Shown: piece by piece, positions 1 to 7,870 of the stretch
Layout: every line of letters starts with the position of its first letter
Position numbering within the stretch: the stretch's first letter is position 1
Source: an uncultured bacterium
GTDB taxonomy: Bacteria > Auribacterota > Erginobacteria > Erginobacterales > Erginobacteraceae
Assembly (NCBI GenBank): GCA_963822585.1
Contig: CAWGIE010000046.1
Location: 1-29,620 of the forward strand
Direction of reading: 5' to 3'
Length of the DNA stretch: 29,620 bases
The notes under the pieces: generated by a model
Told to the model about the DNA's origin: nothing
The model's input: the letters and a program-made list of their open reading frames with translations, nothing else
Databases searched by the model: none
Made by a program: the position numbers and the translations under genes

Positions 1-47
1 CGTTAACCGCTCCATAATAAGCGAGAAATTTTATTGCGTACCCTAAA

Positions 48-195
48 GAGGCTGTCCGATAAATCCGATTTTGGTAGCCGCAGGTTTTAACCTGCGCGTG
101 TAGCAATATAACTTATTAACAATCCCAGGATTACGCACCTTAAAAGGTGCGACTACCATAATAATTAAACAAAATCGGATTTATCGGACAGCCTC
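48..195. mobile_element. MITE-like element (148 bp) with 26-bp perfect terminal inverted repeats and an internal inverted pair of GTAG-REP hairpins
   Basis: GAGGCTGTCCGATAAATCCGATTTTG...CAAAATCGGATTTATCGGACAGCCTC; second copy at 9008-9156. Confidence 0.8.
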
Positions 196-236
196 GAAAG
201 GGTGCGGCTACCGAGATCTTATTTTTTCGCAGAAAA

Positions 237-1301
237 ATGAAAATGAAGATGTTGAAATTCAGTCCGATGATTCTGGCATCACTGCTCCTCGCTTCCTGCG
301 CCGGGCGGGAAGAACGGGTTCCGGGTGGCGTGCTCAATGTCGGCATCCTGCTGGCGAGCACGGACGGCGTCCGCTGGAGCCGGGAAGCGGGGTACCTGGT
401 CGAGAAGGCGGATGAGATGGGGATGCGGCCTCTCCTCAAGGAGGCGGGAGGGGACCCCGAACTTCAAACACGGCAGGCCCGGGAACTGATCGCGGAGGGG
501 GCCGATGTCCTGGTCTTCCAGCCGGCGGATCCGATCTCCGCCGCTCCCATCGTCGGCCTGGCAAAGGACGCAAATCTGCCCGTTCTCGCTTACCGCGCCC
601 CGGTCCCCGCTTCCGAATTCGATCTCTACGTGGGTCCAGAAGGGGAGGAGGGGGGGTATTTACAGGCCCGGTCGGCGATGGAGCGTGCTGGTGAAGGAGG
701 TCTGGTCATCATCGGCGAAGGTCCGGGTGACTGGACCGCACTCCAAATACGCGCCGGCCGGCAGCGGGCATTCTCGGAGTGGTCGGAAAGAAGAGAGCGG
801 GAGATTACGGTCCTGACGGACATCGTTCTTCCCTCTCCGGCGGATGAAGAAGCACGGTCCCGAATTGAGAGCGAGTTCCGTTCTCTTGAGAAGGAATCGG
901 AGCGGGTTTCCATTGTTCTGGCCGACAGCGATGCCGCGGCCGGGACCGCGATCGGGATCCTGGAGGGACAAGGGCGGTCGGGAACGGTCACCGTGGCCGG
1001 ATGGGGGGCCGACCTGCCCGCCTGCCGGAGGATTATCAAGGGGACACAGGCGGTCACCGTATTCACCCCCTCGCGGGAATTGGCCGCCCTGGCGATCCGC
1101 GCCGCCGCCCGCCTGGCCAGCGGGATGGACCCGGACGACGCCATCAAGGACATGGGAAACCGGGAGCGCGAGATCGAGGTTGCCGGCGATGAATACCCGG
1201 CTCTTATGCTCTCTCCGGTGGTCGTCACCCGGGGAAACATGATCGAGACCGTGGTCCTGGACGGCCGCTATTCGGTGGAGGAGATTTACGGGGAAAAATA
1301 A
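237..1301 (+). CDS. Sugar ABC transporter substrate-binding lipoprotein (XylF/ChvE-like, periplasmic binding protein type 1)
   Basis: Lipobox-like LLASC; motifs ELIAEGADVLV, PVLAYR, VAGWGADLPACRRIIKGTQAVTVF, LSPVVVTRGN resemble XylF-type proteins; start could be 237, 243 or 249. Confidence 0.8.
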   Translation: MKMKMLKFSPMILASLLLASCAGREERVPGGVLNVGILLASTDGVRWSREAGYLVEKADEMGMRPLLKEAGGDPELQTRQARELIAEGADVLVFQPADPISAAPIVGLAKDANLPVLAYRAPVPASEFDLYVGPEGEEGGYLQARSAMERAGEGGLVIIGEGPGDWTALQIRAGRQRAFSEWSERREREITVLTDIVLPSPADEEARSRIESEFRSLEKESERVSIVLADSDAAAGTAIGILEGQGRSGTVTVAGWGADLPACRRIIKGTQAVTVFTPSRELAALAIRAAARLASGMDPDDAIKDMGNREREIEVAGDEYPALMLSPVVVTRGNMIETVVLDGRYSVEEIYGEK

Positions 1302-1334
1302 TCCTGCGACCCCTACCTTCTTCGAAATTTCAAT

Positions 1335-1397
1335 TAACCGCGGATTAAGCTGATTAAGCGGATTATTTTCTCCTTTAATCAGCATAATCCGCGGTTA
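1335..1397. repeat. 9-nt-periodic palindromic repeat
   Basis: TAACCGCGGATTAAGCTGATTAA...TTAATCAGCATAATCCGCGGTTA. Confidence 0.75.
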
Positions 1398-1400
1398 TAC

Positions 1401-1651
1401 AAAGGGGACTGAGGTAGGGGAAACTCTCCTTCAATCACATTCAATCGTCTGTTCCAAAAGGGGCCGGGGCGGGGAAGGCGAAAAGACGAACTTCGACCGT
1501 CCAACGTTCAACAGCCGATACAATCCTCTGTGACCTCTGTGTAATCTGTGGACCAAAAAGGGGCCGAGGTAGGGGAAACTCTCTTCCAATCACATTCAAT
1601 CGTCTGTTAAAAAAGGGGCCGAGGTAGGGGCCATTAGCGTAATTCGTAGTT
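1401..1651 (+). repeat. Array of four AAAAGGGGCCGAGGTAGGGG-type repeats with spacers
   Basis: Copies at 1401, 1456, 1556, 1611; spacers 1 and 3 nearly identical. Confidence 0.85.
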
Positions 1652-2083
1652 CTAATCAGGATTCTCTACGACGACGGCGAAGGAGGCGGTCCGGACCGGG
1701 GGGATTCCTTTTTCCCAGGGGCGGATGTACTTGAGGGATATCGTTGTCTGGCCGCTGGCCGCAGCGCGGAATATCCAGAGTTGCTTCCCTCCCGCCCCCT
1801 TGAGACGTGTCCGGGGAGGCTGGAAAGAGGAATCGATCAGCTCGATGATCTGTTCGTCCGGCGGGGAAGAAAATTCCCAGCTGTATCCGGTGGTCGGGTT
1901 GGAATCAAGGATGATGGTAAATTCCTGCCCGACGGCGGCCTGGATTGAACTGTCCTGAGCGGTGTATACTCGGCTCTTCATGATTGGCTGGACGGGAGTT
2001 TGGGCGCATCCGTTTCCCATTACAGTGAAGATCCCCGCCGTCGTGATGATGATGAAGCTGAAAGCGCTTTGCAAATAGTTCAT
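1652..2083 (-). CDS. Protease inhibitor I42 (chagasin) family protein, probably exported
   Basis: Hallmark motifs LDSNPTTGYSW, GAGG, LKYIRPWE; N-terminal hydrophobic stretch followed by Cys. Confidence 0.9.
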   Translation of the reverse strand: MNYLQSAFSFIIITTAGIFTVMGNGCAQTPVQPIMKSRVYTAQDSSIQAAVGQEFTIILDSNPTTGYSWEFSSPPDEQIIELIDSSFQPPRTRLKGAGGKQLWIFRAAASGQTTISLKYIRPWEKGIPPVRTASFAVVVENPD

Positions 2084-2126
2084 GACTGCCTATAGTATAG
2101 CATATTGTTCCGTAATTCTAATAATT

Positions 2127-2228
2127 TTAACCACCAAGACACAAAGACACCAAGTACGTTAATATATAATAAAAATAATTATTTAATGATTTCCATTTTT
2201 CTTGGTGACTTAGTGTCTTTATGGTGAA
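2127..2228. repeat. 9-nt-periodic palindromic repeat (CCACCAAGACACAAAG family)
   Basis: AACCACCAAGACACAAAGACACCAAG...CTTGGTGACTTAGTGTCTTTATGGT; related copies at 3056, 4819, 9763, 10351. Confidence 0.75.
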
Positions 2229-2265
2229 GAATTCCATCAGGTCAACGGTAAAAGTATTTTTATCT

Positions 2266-2370
2266 TATTCAATCACATTCGATCGTCTGTTAAATAGAGG
2301 GGGCGAGGTAGGGGGATAATTCGCGTATATTCGTGTAATTCGTAGTTTATTAAAGGGGCCGAGGTATGGG
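2266..2370 (+). repeat. Array of two AAAGGGGCCGAGGTA-type repeats with spacers
   Basis: Copies near 2296 and 2352; spacers match spacer types seen at 1421-1455 and 1631-1651. Confidence 0.75.
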
Positions 2371-2480
2371 AACATAATCTATGATCATCTGTGTAAACGT
2401 GTGTTGAACGGAGCCGAATCCATCTGTGGTTTTTTTAAGTTGCCCCAACGAGGGCTGAGTTCTTATGGAGGTGAACAACC

Positions 2481-3029
2481 ATGAAAGCAGTCGGAAATCT
2501 GTTGATTTTTTCCGTCACCGTGATGGCGCTGTTCTTAACGGTTTCTTCTTTGGAGGCGGAGATCGTGCAGAAGTGTATTAACACGGCCGACGGATTCTCC
2601 ATCGAGTTTCCCCCGGGCTGGCTGATCCGGGAAAACCCGGCGGGTGAGACTCCCCTCTTCGCCTTCCGACCGAAAGAGAAATCGGACGAGGTCGTCTTCG
2701 AACGAATCGATATTATCGTTCTGAAGGATGCCGGAGAAGGTCAGGATGTCTTCTATCAGAAACAGATCGAGAATTTGAAGTCCATGCTGCCTGATTTCAC
2801 CCTTGTCGCGAAGGGCAATGAAGACTTCCCCGCTATGCCCTCGAGTTTTCTGATCTACACGTTTACCGATAAATTCATCACCCTGCAAGTTCAGGCGAAA
2901 GCGAAACAGTGGATCATAAGAGGGGATGATCGGGTATACCTGATAACGGGAACCGCGAAGATTGATACGTTCCCAAAATACGAGCCCATCTTCCAGAAGA
3001 TAGTGAGCAGTTTTCAGATACTCAAATGA
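2481..3029 (+). CDS. Secreted PsbP/DcrB-like protein
   Basis: RBS GGAGGTG; signal peptide; GFSIEFPPGW near the N-terminus and VYLITGTA...YEPIFQKIVSSFQI at the C-terminus, typical of PsbP/Mog1-fold proteins. Confidence 0.7.
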   Translation: MKAVGNLLIFSVTVMALFLTVSSLEAEIVQKCINTADGFSIEFPPGWLIRENPAGETPLFAFRPKEKSDEVVFERIDIIVLKDAGEGQDVFYQKQIENLKSMLPDFTLVAKGNEDFPAMPSSFLIYTFTDKFITLQVQAKAKQWIIRGDDRVYLITGTAKIDTFPKYEPIFQKIVSSFQILK

Positions 3030-3055
3030 GTATCCATCTCGGAAACATAAAACAA

Positions 3056-3172
3056 TAACCACAAAGATACTAAGAAATTTATAATAGTAATCCGTTCAAT
3101 CCACTCTACATTTTTGTTATGTTTCTTGGTATCTTGGTGTCTTGTTGGTTAAAAAGGGGCCGAGGAAGGGGG
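3056..3172. repeat. 9-nt-periodic palindrome followed by one AAAAGGGGCCGAGG repeat
   Basis: TAACCACAAAGATACTAAG...CTTGGTATCTTGGTGTCTTGTTGGTTAAAAAGGGGCCGAGGAAGGGG. Confidence 0.7.
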
Positions 3173-3187
3173 CGACGGAGAGAAAAG

Positions 3188-3213
3188 TTCGTAGTGCAGG
3201 ACTTCAGTCCTGC
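3188..3213 (+). repeat. GTAG-type REP hairpin
   Basis: TTCGTAGTGCAGGACTTCAGTCCTGC; same family at 5805, 5875 and 8853-8992. Confidence 0.75.
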
Positions 3214-3346
3214 CGGGGGTGTGGTAGGGGAGAAATAAAAATCAAACAGAGGCCGTTTAACATCAAACGTCCAAAGTTAAGCGGCTTCTCTTCTTCCTTC
3301 TCATTCTTTTTCTTAGTGTCTTCGTGTCTTGGTGGTTATTAAATCT

Positions 3347-4087
3347 ATGACCTGGATGGGAAAGATTATCGGGGGTTCGGTCGGGTTCATGCTTGGCGGA
3401 CCCCTGGGCGCGGTCGCCGGCATGGCCCTGGGAGCCCTCTATGACGCGGGGACCGGCGCGACGCGGGCGCGCCTGGGATCGGGGGAGGAAGACCACCTTG
3501 CCTACTTTGTGGCCGCTTTCTCCATGCTGGGCAAGCTCTCCAAAGCGGATGGCGTTGTCTCCCGGGAGGAGATTGCCGTCGTCGAGCGGTTCATGAGGAA
3601 TAACCTCAACCTCTCCTCGGAGGCGAGAGAGTATGCCGTCCGGATCTTCAACCGGGCGAAGTCTTCACCCGATCGGTTTGAAGATTATGCCGCTCAGTTT
3701 TACTCCCTTTTTCACGACCGGAGGGAGATCATCCTGAGCATGTTCGAACTCCTGGTCACCGTCGCCTCCGCCGATGGGGTTATCCATCCGGGAGAGGAGA
3801 GGATGCTCCGGAACGCGGCCCGCATCTTTCACATCCATTCTTCCCAATACGCCAACATCAAACAGGCGGAACGGGGCGGCGCCGACCGGTATTACGCCGT
3901 CCTTGGCTGTACCCGGACCGATACCGACGAGACGATAAAGAGGAAATACCGGAAGCTGGCCTCCGAATTCCATCCCGACAAGATCGTTTCCAAGGGACTG
4001 CCGGAGGAGTTCATCACCTTCGCCAAGACAAAGTTCCAGGAAATCCAGGAAGCCTATGAGAAGGTGAAGAAGGAAAGAGGGATGTAG
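3347..4087 (+). CDS. djlA: Co-chaperone DjlA (N-terminal TM helix, TerB-like domain, C-terminal J domain)
   Basis: WMGKIIGG..GFMLGGPLGA; KADGVVSREEI; J domain YYAVLG...KYRKLASEFHPDK. Confidence 0.88.
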   Translation: MTWMGKIIGGSVGFMLGGPLGAVAGMALGALYDAGTGATRARLGSGEEDHLAYFVAAFSMLGKLSKADGVVSREEIAVVERFMRNNLNLSSEAREYAVRIFNRAKSSPDRFEDYAAQFYSLFHDRREIILSMFELLVTVASADGVIHPGEERMLRNAARIFHIHSSQYANIKQAERGGADRYYAVLGCTRTDTDETIKRKYRKLASEFHPDKIVSKGLPEEFITFAKTKFQEIQEAYEKVKKERGM

Positions 4088-4219
4088 GATCGGCTACGCC
4101 TTGTAGGATCGGGCTTCGCCCTTGTAGGAAATGTAGGATCACTCCGGGCTCCCGCCCGGAGCTTGCAGGATTGCCCCCGATACAAATACCGGGGGCTTGT
4201 CATATCGCTTCGCTTGCAG
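4082..4219 (+). repeat. Array of (T/A)TGTAGGAT 9-mers interleaved with different short hairpins
   Basis: Six to seven exact or degenerate 9-mers, most followed by a distinct GC-rich stem-loop. Confidence 0.65.
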
Positions 4220-4260
4220 TTTCTCTCTCTTTTCCCCTTTCTTCTTTGCGTCTGCGGTTC

Positions 4261-4450
4261 AAAAGGGGCCGAGGTAGAGGCAAATTATCAGAGTAATCTG
4301 TGTAATCTGTGGACTGAAAAGGGGCCGAGGTAGAGGTAACTTTCTCAGCGTTCTCTGTGTCCTCTGTGGTTTAAAAAAGGGACCGAGGTAGAGGGAGTCT
4401 TTTGCGTATTTTGCGCCTTTTTGCGGCTAAAAAAGGGGCCGGGGTAGAGG
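4261..4450 (+). repeat. CRISPR-like array: four AAAAGGGGCCGAGGTAGAGG repeats with three different 36-38 nt spacers
   Basis: Copies at 4261, 4317, 4375, 4431 (period 56-58 bp). Confidence 0.88.
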
Positions 4451-4452
4451 GA

Positions 4453-4785
4453 TTAAATCCCCAAGTCCGCCAGCGCGTTGCAGAAGGAGTTGACGACCGC
4501 GACCAGGCCCGGATGGGAGACCTCGAACTTTTCGACCAGGACCGAAAGGTCGGCGATGGAGGCGGTGAGTTCGTCGTCGTCCCTCTCTTCTTCGGTCGCG
4601 TGGCGGGCGGAGCGATGCGATTTATCGGCAATTTCGGCCGCCGCTTCGCGATTCGTCTCGGCCAGCCGGTTGACCTCAAGCTTCAACTCGCCGATCAGCG
4701 CCAGCAGCTTGTCTTTTTTCTCCGGTGACATCGCGGTCGCCCGGGCCACCGTTTCCTCGATCTGTTTTACCGTCTTATCGATCAT
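4453..4785 (-). CDS. DUF4404-like small helical protein
   Basis: RBS AGGAGA; C-terminus VEKFEVSHPGLVAVVNSFCNALADLGI. Confidence 0.8.
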   Translation of the reverse strand: MIDKTVKQIEETVARATAMSPEKKDKLLALIGELKLEVNRLAETNREAAAEIADKSHRSARHATEEERDDDELTASIADLSVLVEKFEVSHPGLVAVVNSFCNALADLGI

Positions 4786-4818
4786 AATATTCTCCTGTGG
4801 AACCGATCTCGTTATTAT

Positions 4819-4948
4819 GCCACTAAGTCACCAAGACACCAAGGAAAAATAAATAAAAACAAGAGCATTAAATAAATTGCGTGTCATTGCGAGGAACATA
4901 GTGACGAAGCAATCTCAATTTATCTTAGTGCCTTTGTGCCTTGGTGGC
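4819..4948. repeat. 9-nt-periodic palindrome with a nested GTCATTGCGAG...CGAAGCAATCTC repeat (4883-4916)
   Basis: GCCACTAAGTCACCAAGACACCAAG...CTTAGTGCCTTTGTGCCTTGGTGGC. Confidence 0.7.
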
Positions 4949-4953
4949 TAATA

Positions 4954-5787
4954 TTAACGTTCAGCTTCCTCGAGGTCTTCCCGGGTCTCGCCGCTCAAAT
5001 CCGCCGTCAGGTAGTCGAGAGTGAGGGGAAGTCCCAGTTCCAGTTTCGGTATATGCTGGAGCCCGACGGTCACGTTCTGCAGCCGGCACTCCAGCAGGTG
5101 CCCTCCCTGCTTCCGGTCCTCCGTCACAAAGTGCAGGTGGTATCCGGGCACGTTCAATGACGACATGAACTGCGGGGTGAAGAATCCGCAGAGCGTTCCC
5201 GCGGTCTGGTGGAACTCGAAGGTGGGCTGTTCCCGCGCCACCTCGACCAGGGGACGGTAATTCTCCTGCCGGGGGACGGAGCGGGTTTTCACGTACTCGA
5301 ACTCCCCGTCGATCCGGATCGCGTAGAGCATGTTTGCCGACGGGATCAGGCCCTCCAGGAGTGTCTCCGGGTCTTCATCAAGCCGCCGGCCGTCGATCTC
5401 TTCCACCATGTCCGGGGTGAAGAAGGTGACGCAGGCGAAGGGGCTTTCTTCGCTGTCCGGCACCGGGGCGGCAATTCCGTCAGCTTTTACCTGGTAAACG
5501 TTCCCGTCCAGCACCACCATCTCACCGTCCAGGTTATTGAACGTTCCCAGCCCGAAGTCCCCGTGGCGTTTGATCTCGCCGACGGATGTGTTCTCCCGGT
5601 AGTACCCGAGCACCAGCGCGTTGACGGGAGCCGTTAGATACACCGCGTTGCCGGCTTCACTTTTGTTGAGATACTGTTCCAACGCTCGCCGGACGATCTC
5701 ATCCCGGTTCTTCCCGGTCTTCTTCGCCGCCCGCCCCAGCCACTCCGCCAGCTCTCCTGACAGCTGAATCTCCAATCTGTTACTCAT
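4954..5787 (-). CDS. budA: Acetolactate decarboxylase with an N-terminal ribbon-helix-helix (CopG-like) domain
   Basis: HGDFGLGTFNNLDGEM, TRSVPRQ, NVPGYHLHF, GGHLL motifs; first ~42 aa look like an RHH. Confidence 0.9.
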   Translation of the reverse strand: MSNRLEIQLSGELAEWLGRAAKKTGKNRDEIVRRALEQYLNKSEAGNAVYLTAPVNALVLGYYRENTSVGEIKRHGDFGLGTFNNLDGEMVVLDGNVYQVKADGIAAPVPDSEESPFACVTFFTPDMVEEIDGRRLDEDPETLLEGLIPSANMLYAIRIDGEFEYVKTRSVPRQENYRPLVEVAREQPTFEFHQTAGTLCGFFTPQFMSSLNVPGYHLHFVTEDRKQGGHLLECRLQNVTVGLQHIPKLELGLPLTLDYLTADLSGETREDLEEAER

Positions 5788-5804
5788 TTTCCAATCCGGC
5801 CAAG

Positions 5805-5901
5805 TTCGTAGTGCAGGGCTTTAGCCCTGCTCGGTCAACTGTGGGAGGGGTTTCCAACCCCAATCGAGCCCGATTTCGTAGTGCAGGGCTTTAGCCCTGC
5901 C
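5805..5901 (+). repeat. Two GTAG-REP hairpins flanking a GTGG-type hairpin
   Basis: CGTAGTGCAGGGCTTTAGCCCTGC twice; GTGGGAGGGGTTTCCAACCCC between them. Confidence 0.8.
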
Positions 5902-5966
5902 CTGGTAATCCTGATTATTGCTCAGGTATTTATATGATTAGAACGTCTTCCTTGTAACGGATAGTG

Positions 5967-7325
5967 TTAATATTTTTTATTTCCTTCAAGTCCTTCATGT
6001 ACTTCATGGTTAATTATCAGTGCGTGTTCCGGCGCCCCCAGCGCCCGGAAGGCCCGGTGCAAAATCGCGTGAGCCCCCGCCGCGGCCAGTATACCGTTCA
6101 GGGGCGGGATGAAAAAACTCCAGCGTTCGCTCAGGTACGCCGCCAGCACCCCGATGACGTAGCCAAGGAGTGCCGACCAGCGGAAATTAATGAAGCGGGT
6201 CTTGTCGAGGGGAGGCAGCTTCCTCTTCCAGACTAGGTGGTAATCGCCCAGGAGCACGCCGCCCAGGGGTGGGATCAGTATCCCCAGCGAGGTCATCCAC
6301 TGCATCACGTGATCGTAGGCCCCGCTGATCGCGATCACGAAACCGAACGCGCCGCAGAAGAGAATGAAGGGACGCTTCCGGTTGAAGCGGAAGAAGTCGG
6401 TCCCGGCCACGCCGACCGCGTAGGCGGTATTGTCGTTGGTCGTCCAGACGTTCAGGACCATGAGCACGATCCCGAGCCCGAGCAGTCCCTGGATCTTGAG
6501 CACCTCGGCGAAGTCGGGAACGCCGTACACGTTCCCCCCCACCGCCCCGAACCAGAGCATGAGGCCGTTGCCGAAGAGGAAGGCGATCAGCCCCGCCCAG
6601 AAGGCGATCCGGCCGCTGCGGGCGAAGCGGGCCCAGTTGGGCGCCTGGGTGCCGCCGCTGGCGAAGGTCCCCATGATCAGGGTCATCGCGGCCGCGAAGC
6701 CGAGCTTGCCGGTGGGGAGGATATGGGTAATCCCTCCCGCGGTCTCCCGGGCGTGGGCGAAGGACTTGAACGCCATGATCGCTCCCAGCAGCAGGATCAG
6801 GGGGACCGCGATCAGGGAAAGCGCCTCCATCCCCTTGTATCCGAAATAGGCGGTGCTGGTGAAGGCCGCCGACCAGACGAAGCACCAGAAGATCATCGTC
6901 TCCGTGTTCGCCCAATCGAATCCGAGCCAGGTGATGAACGGTTTGGCCATGAACGCCACCGTCACCCCGAACCAGCCGAGCTGGGTCCCCCCCAGGATCA
7001 GGTCGGCCCAGCGGGCCCCCCGGTTGCCGAACGTGTAGCGGGAGAGGAGCACCGTGGTCAGCCCCGTCTTCGCGCTGATGGCGGAGAGCCCCGCCACGTA
7101 GAAGCCCAGGATCAGGCTCCCGCAGCCGATGATCAGAAAGAGCCCCGGCCAGTAGCTGAAGGTCGCGCCGATCTTCGACCCGGCATACATGGTCGGGTAG
7201 AAGAAGGTGAAACCGAGCAGGACCACCGAGATCGAGATCAGTCCCCGCCGCGCCGTCTTCGGAACCGGGGAGAGCGGATAATCCGGGTCCGGCCGCGACG
7301 TATCCCCCAAAAAAAATGTCCGCAA
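5967..7325 (-). CDS. codB: Cytosine permease (NCS1 family)
   Basis: DYPLSPVP, VLLGFTFF, KTGLTTVLLSRYTFG, GGTQLGWFGV, LNVWTTNDN, IPPLGGVLLGDY; about 12 TM segments; start codon uncertain. Confidence 0.88.
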   Translation of the reverse strand: MRTFFLGDTSRPDPDYPLSPVPKTARRGLISISVVLLGFTFFYPTMYAGSKIGATFSYWPGLFLIIGCGSLILGFYVAGLSAISAKTGLTTVLLSRYTFGNRGARWADLILGGTQLGWFGVTVAFMAKPFITWLGFDWANTETMIFWCFVWSAAFTSTAYFGYKGMEALSLIAVPLILLLGAIMAFKSFAHARETAGGITHILPTGKLGFAAAMTLIMGTFASGGTQAPNWARFARSGRIAFWAGLIAFLFGNGLMLWFGAVGGNVYGVPDFAEVLKIQGLLGLGIVLMVLNVWTTNDNTAYAVGVAGTDFFRFNRKRPFILFCGAFGFVIAISGAYDHVMQWMTSLGILIPPLGGVLLGDYHLVWKRKLPPLDKTRFINFRWSALLGYVIGVLAAYLSERWSFFIPPLNGILAAAGAHAILHRAFRALGAPEHALIINHEVHEGLEGNKKY

Positions 7326-7402
7326 AAACTTCTTAATCTTTTCCCTCCTGGATAAAACTATTTTTAACCATGAAGGACATGAAGAACATGAAGATTAAAA
7401 GT

Positions 7403-7502
7403 ATGGAGTATTGGAGTACTGGAGTGATGGAGTAATGGAAACGGCCGATCCGGCCACTTAGGCAATCCAATACTCCAATACTCCATCACTCCATTACTCC
7501 AT
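7403..7502. repeat. 8-nt-periodic palindromic repeat
   Basis: (TGGAGTAN)n ... (NTACTCCA)n arms. Confidence 0.8.
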
Positions 7503-7545
7503 GTTGTTTATCAGTATTTTTTACTGGTGGAAGAAATACGGGCGT

Positions 7546-7584
7546 TCATAAAAGCGAGGTGCTAAAGTACCTCTCCGCCCGGTC
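7546..7584 (-). pseudogene. Detached synonymous copy of the cysK 3' end (DRAERYFSTSLL*)
   Basis: GAC CGG GCG GAG AGG TAC TTT AGC ACC TCG CTT TTA TGA. Confidence 0.9.
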
Positions 7585-7596
7585 CGTCACCATGTC

Positions 7597-7848
7597 AACC
7601 CTCTCCCCTTGAGGGAGAGGGTGGGCGCCGTAGCTCGCAGAGCGAAGGCGACCGGGTGAGGGGATCGTCCCGCATCCAGTATCCCGCATCCTGTATCTCG
7701 TATCCTGCATCACAATAACGACGTACTGAAATAGCGTTCCGCCCGGTCCGCCGCCAGTTAACCCTCTCCCTTGAGGGAGAGGGTGGCCGAACGAAGTGAG
7801 GCCGGGTGAGGGGGGCCATCCTGCATCTCGCATCCAGCATCCAGTATC
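7597..7848. repeat. Two CCCTCTCCC..GGGAGAGGG hairpin repeats, each followed by a 7-nt-periodic (GCATCCA/GTATCCT) tract
   Basis: Hairpins at 7597-7663 and 7760-7815; heptamer tracts at about 7669-7710 and 7817-7848. Confidence 0.8.
7710..7748 (-). pseudogene. Second detached synonymous copy of the cysK 3' end (DRAERYFSTSLL*)
   Basis: GAC CGG GCG GAA CGC TAT TTC AGT ACG TCG TTA TTG TGA. Confidence 0.9.
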
Positions 7849-7870
7849 CTTCTTCCCCCGTATCATTCTA

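Noticed and set aside
4261..4450. Canonical CRISPR array
   Set aside because: The repeat is only ~20 nt and non-palindromic, spacers are recurring genomic repeat arms, and there are no cas genes in the window; reported as a CRISPR-like repeat instead
1401..4450. 20-mer as FtsK KOPS (GGGNAGGG) or Chi-like polar sites
   Set aside because: Copies do not match GGGNAGGG exactly, are longer, and are almost all intergenic and arrayed
6237..7355. 372-aa plus-strand ORF
   Set aside because: Antisense shadow of GC-rich codB
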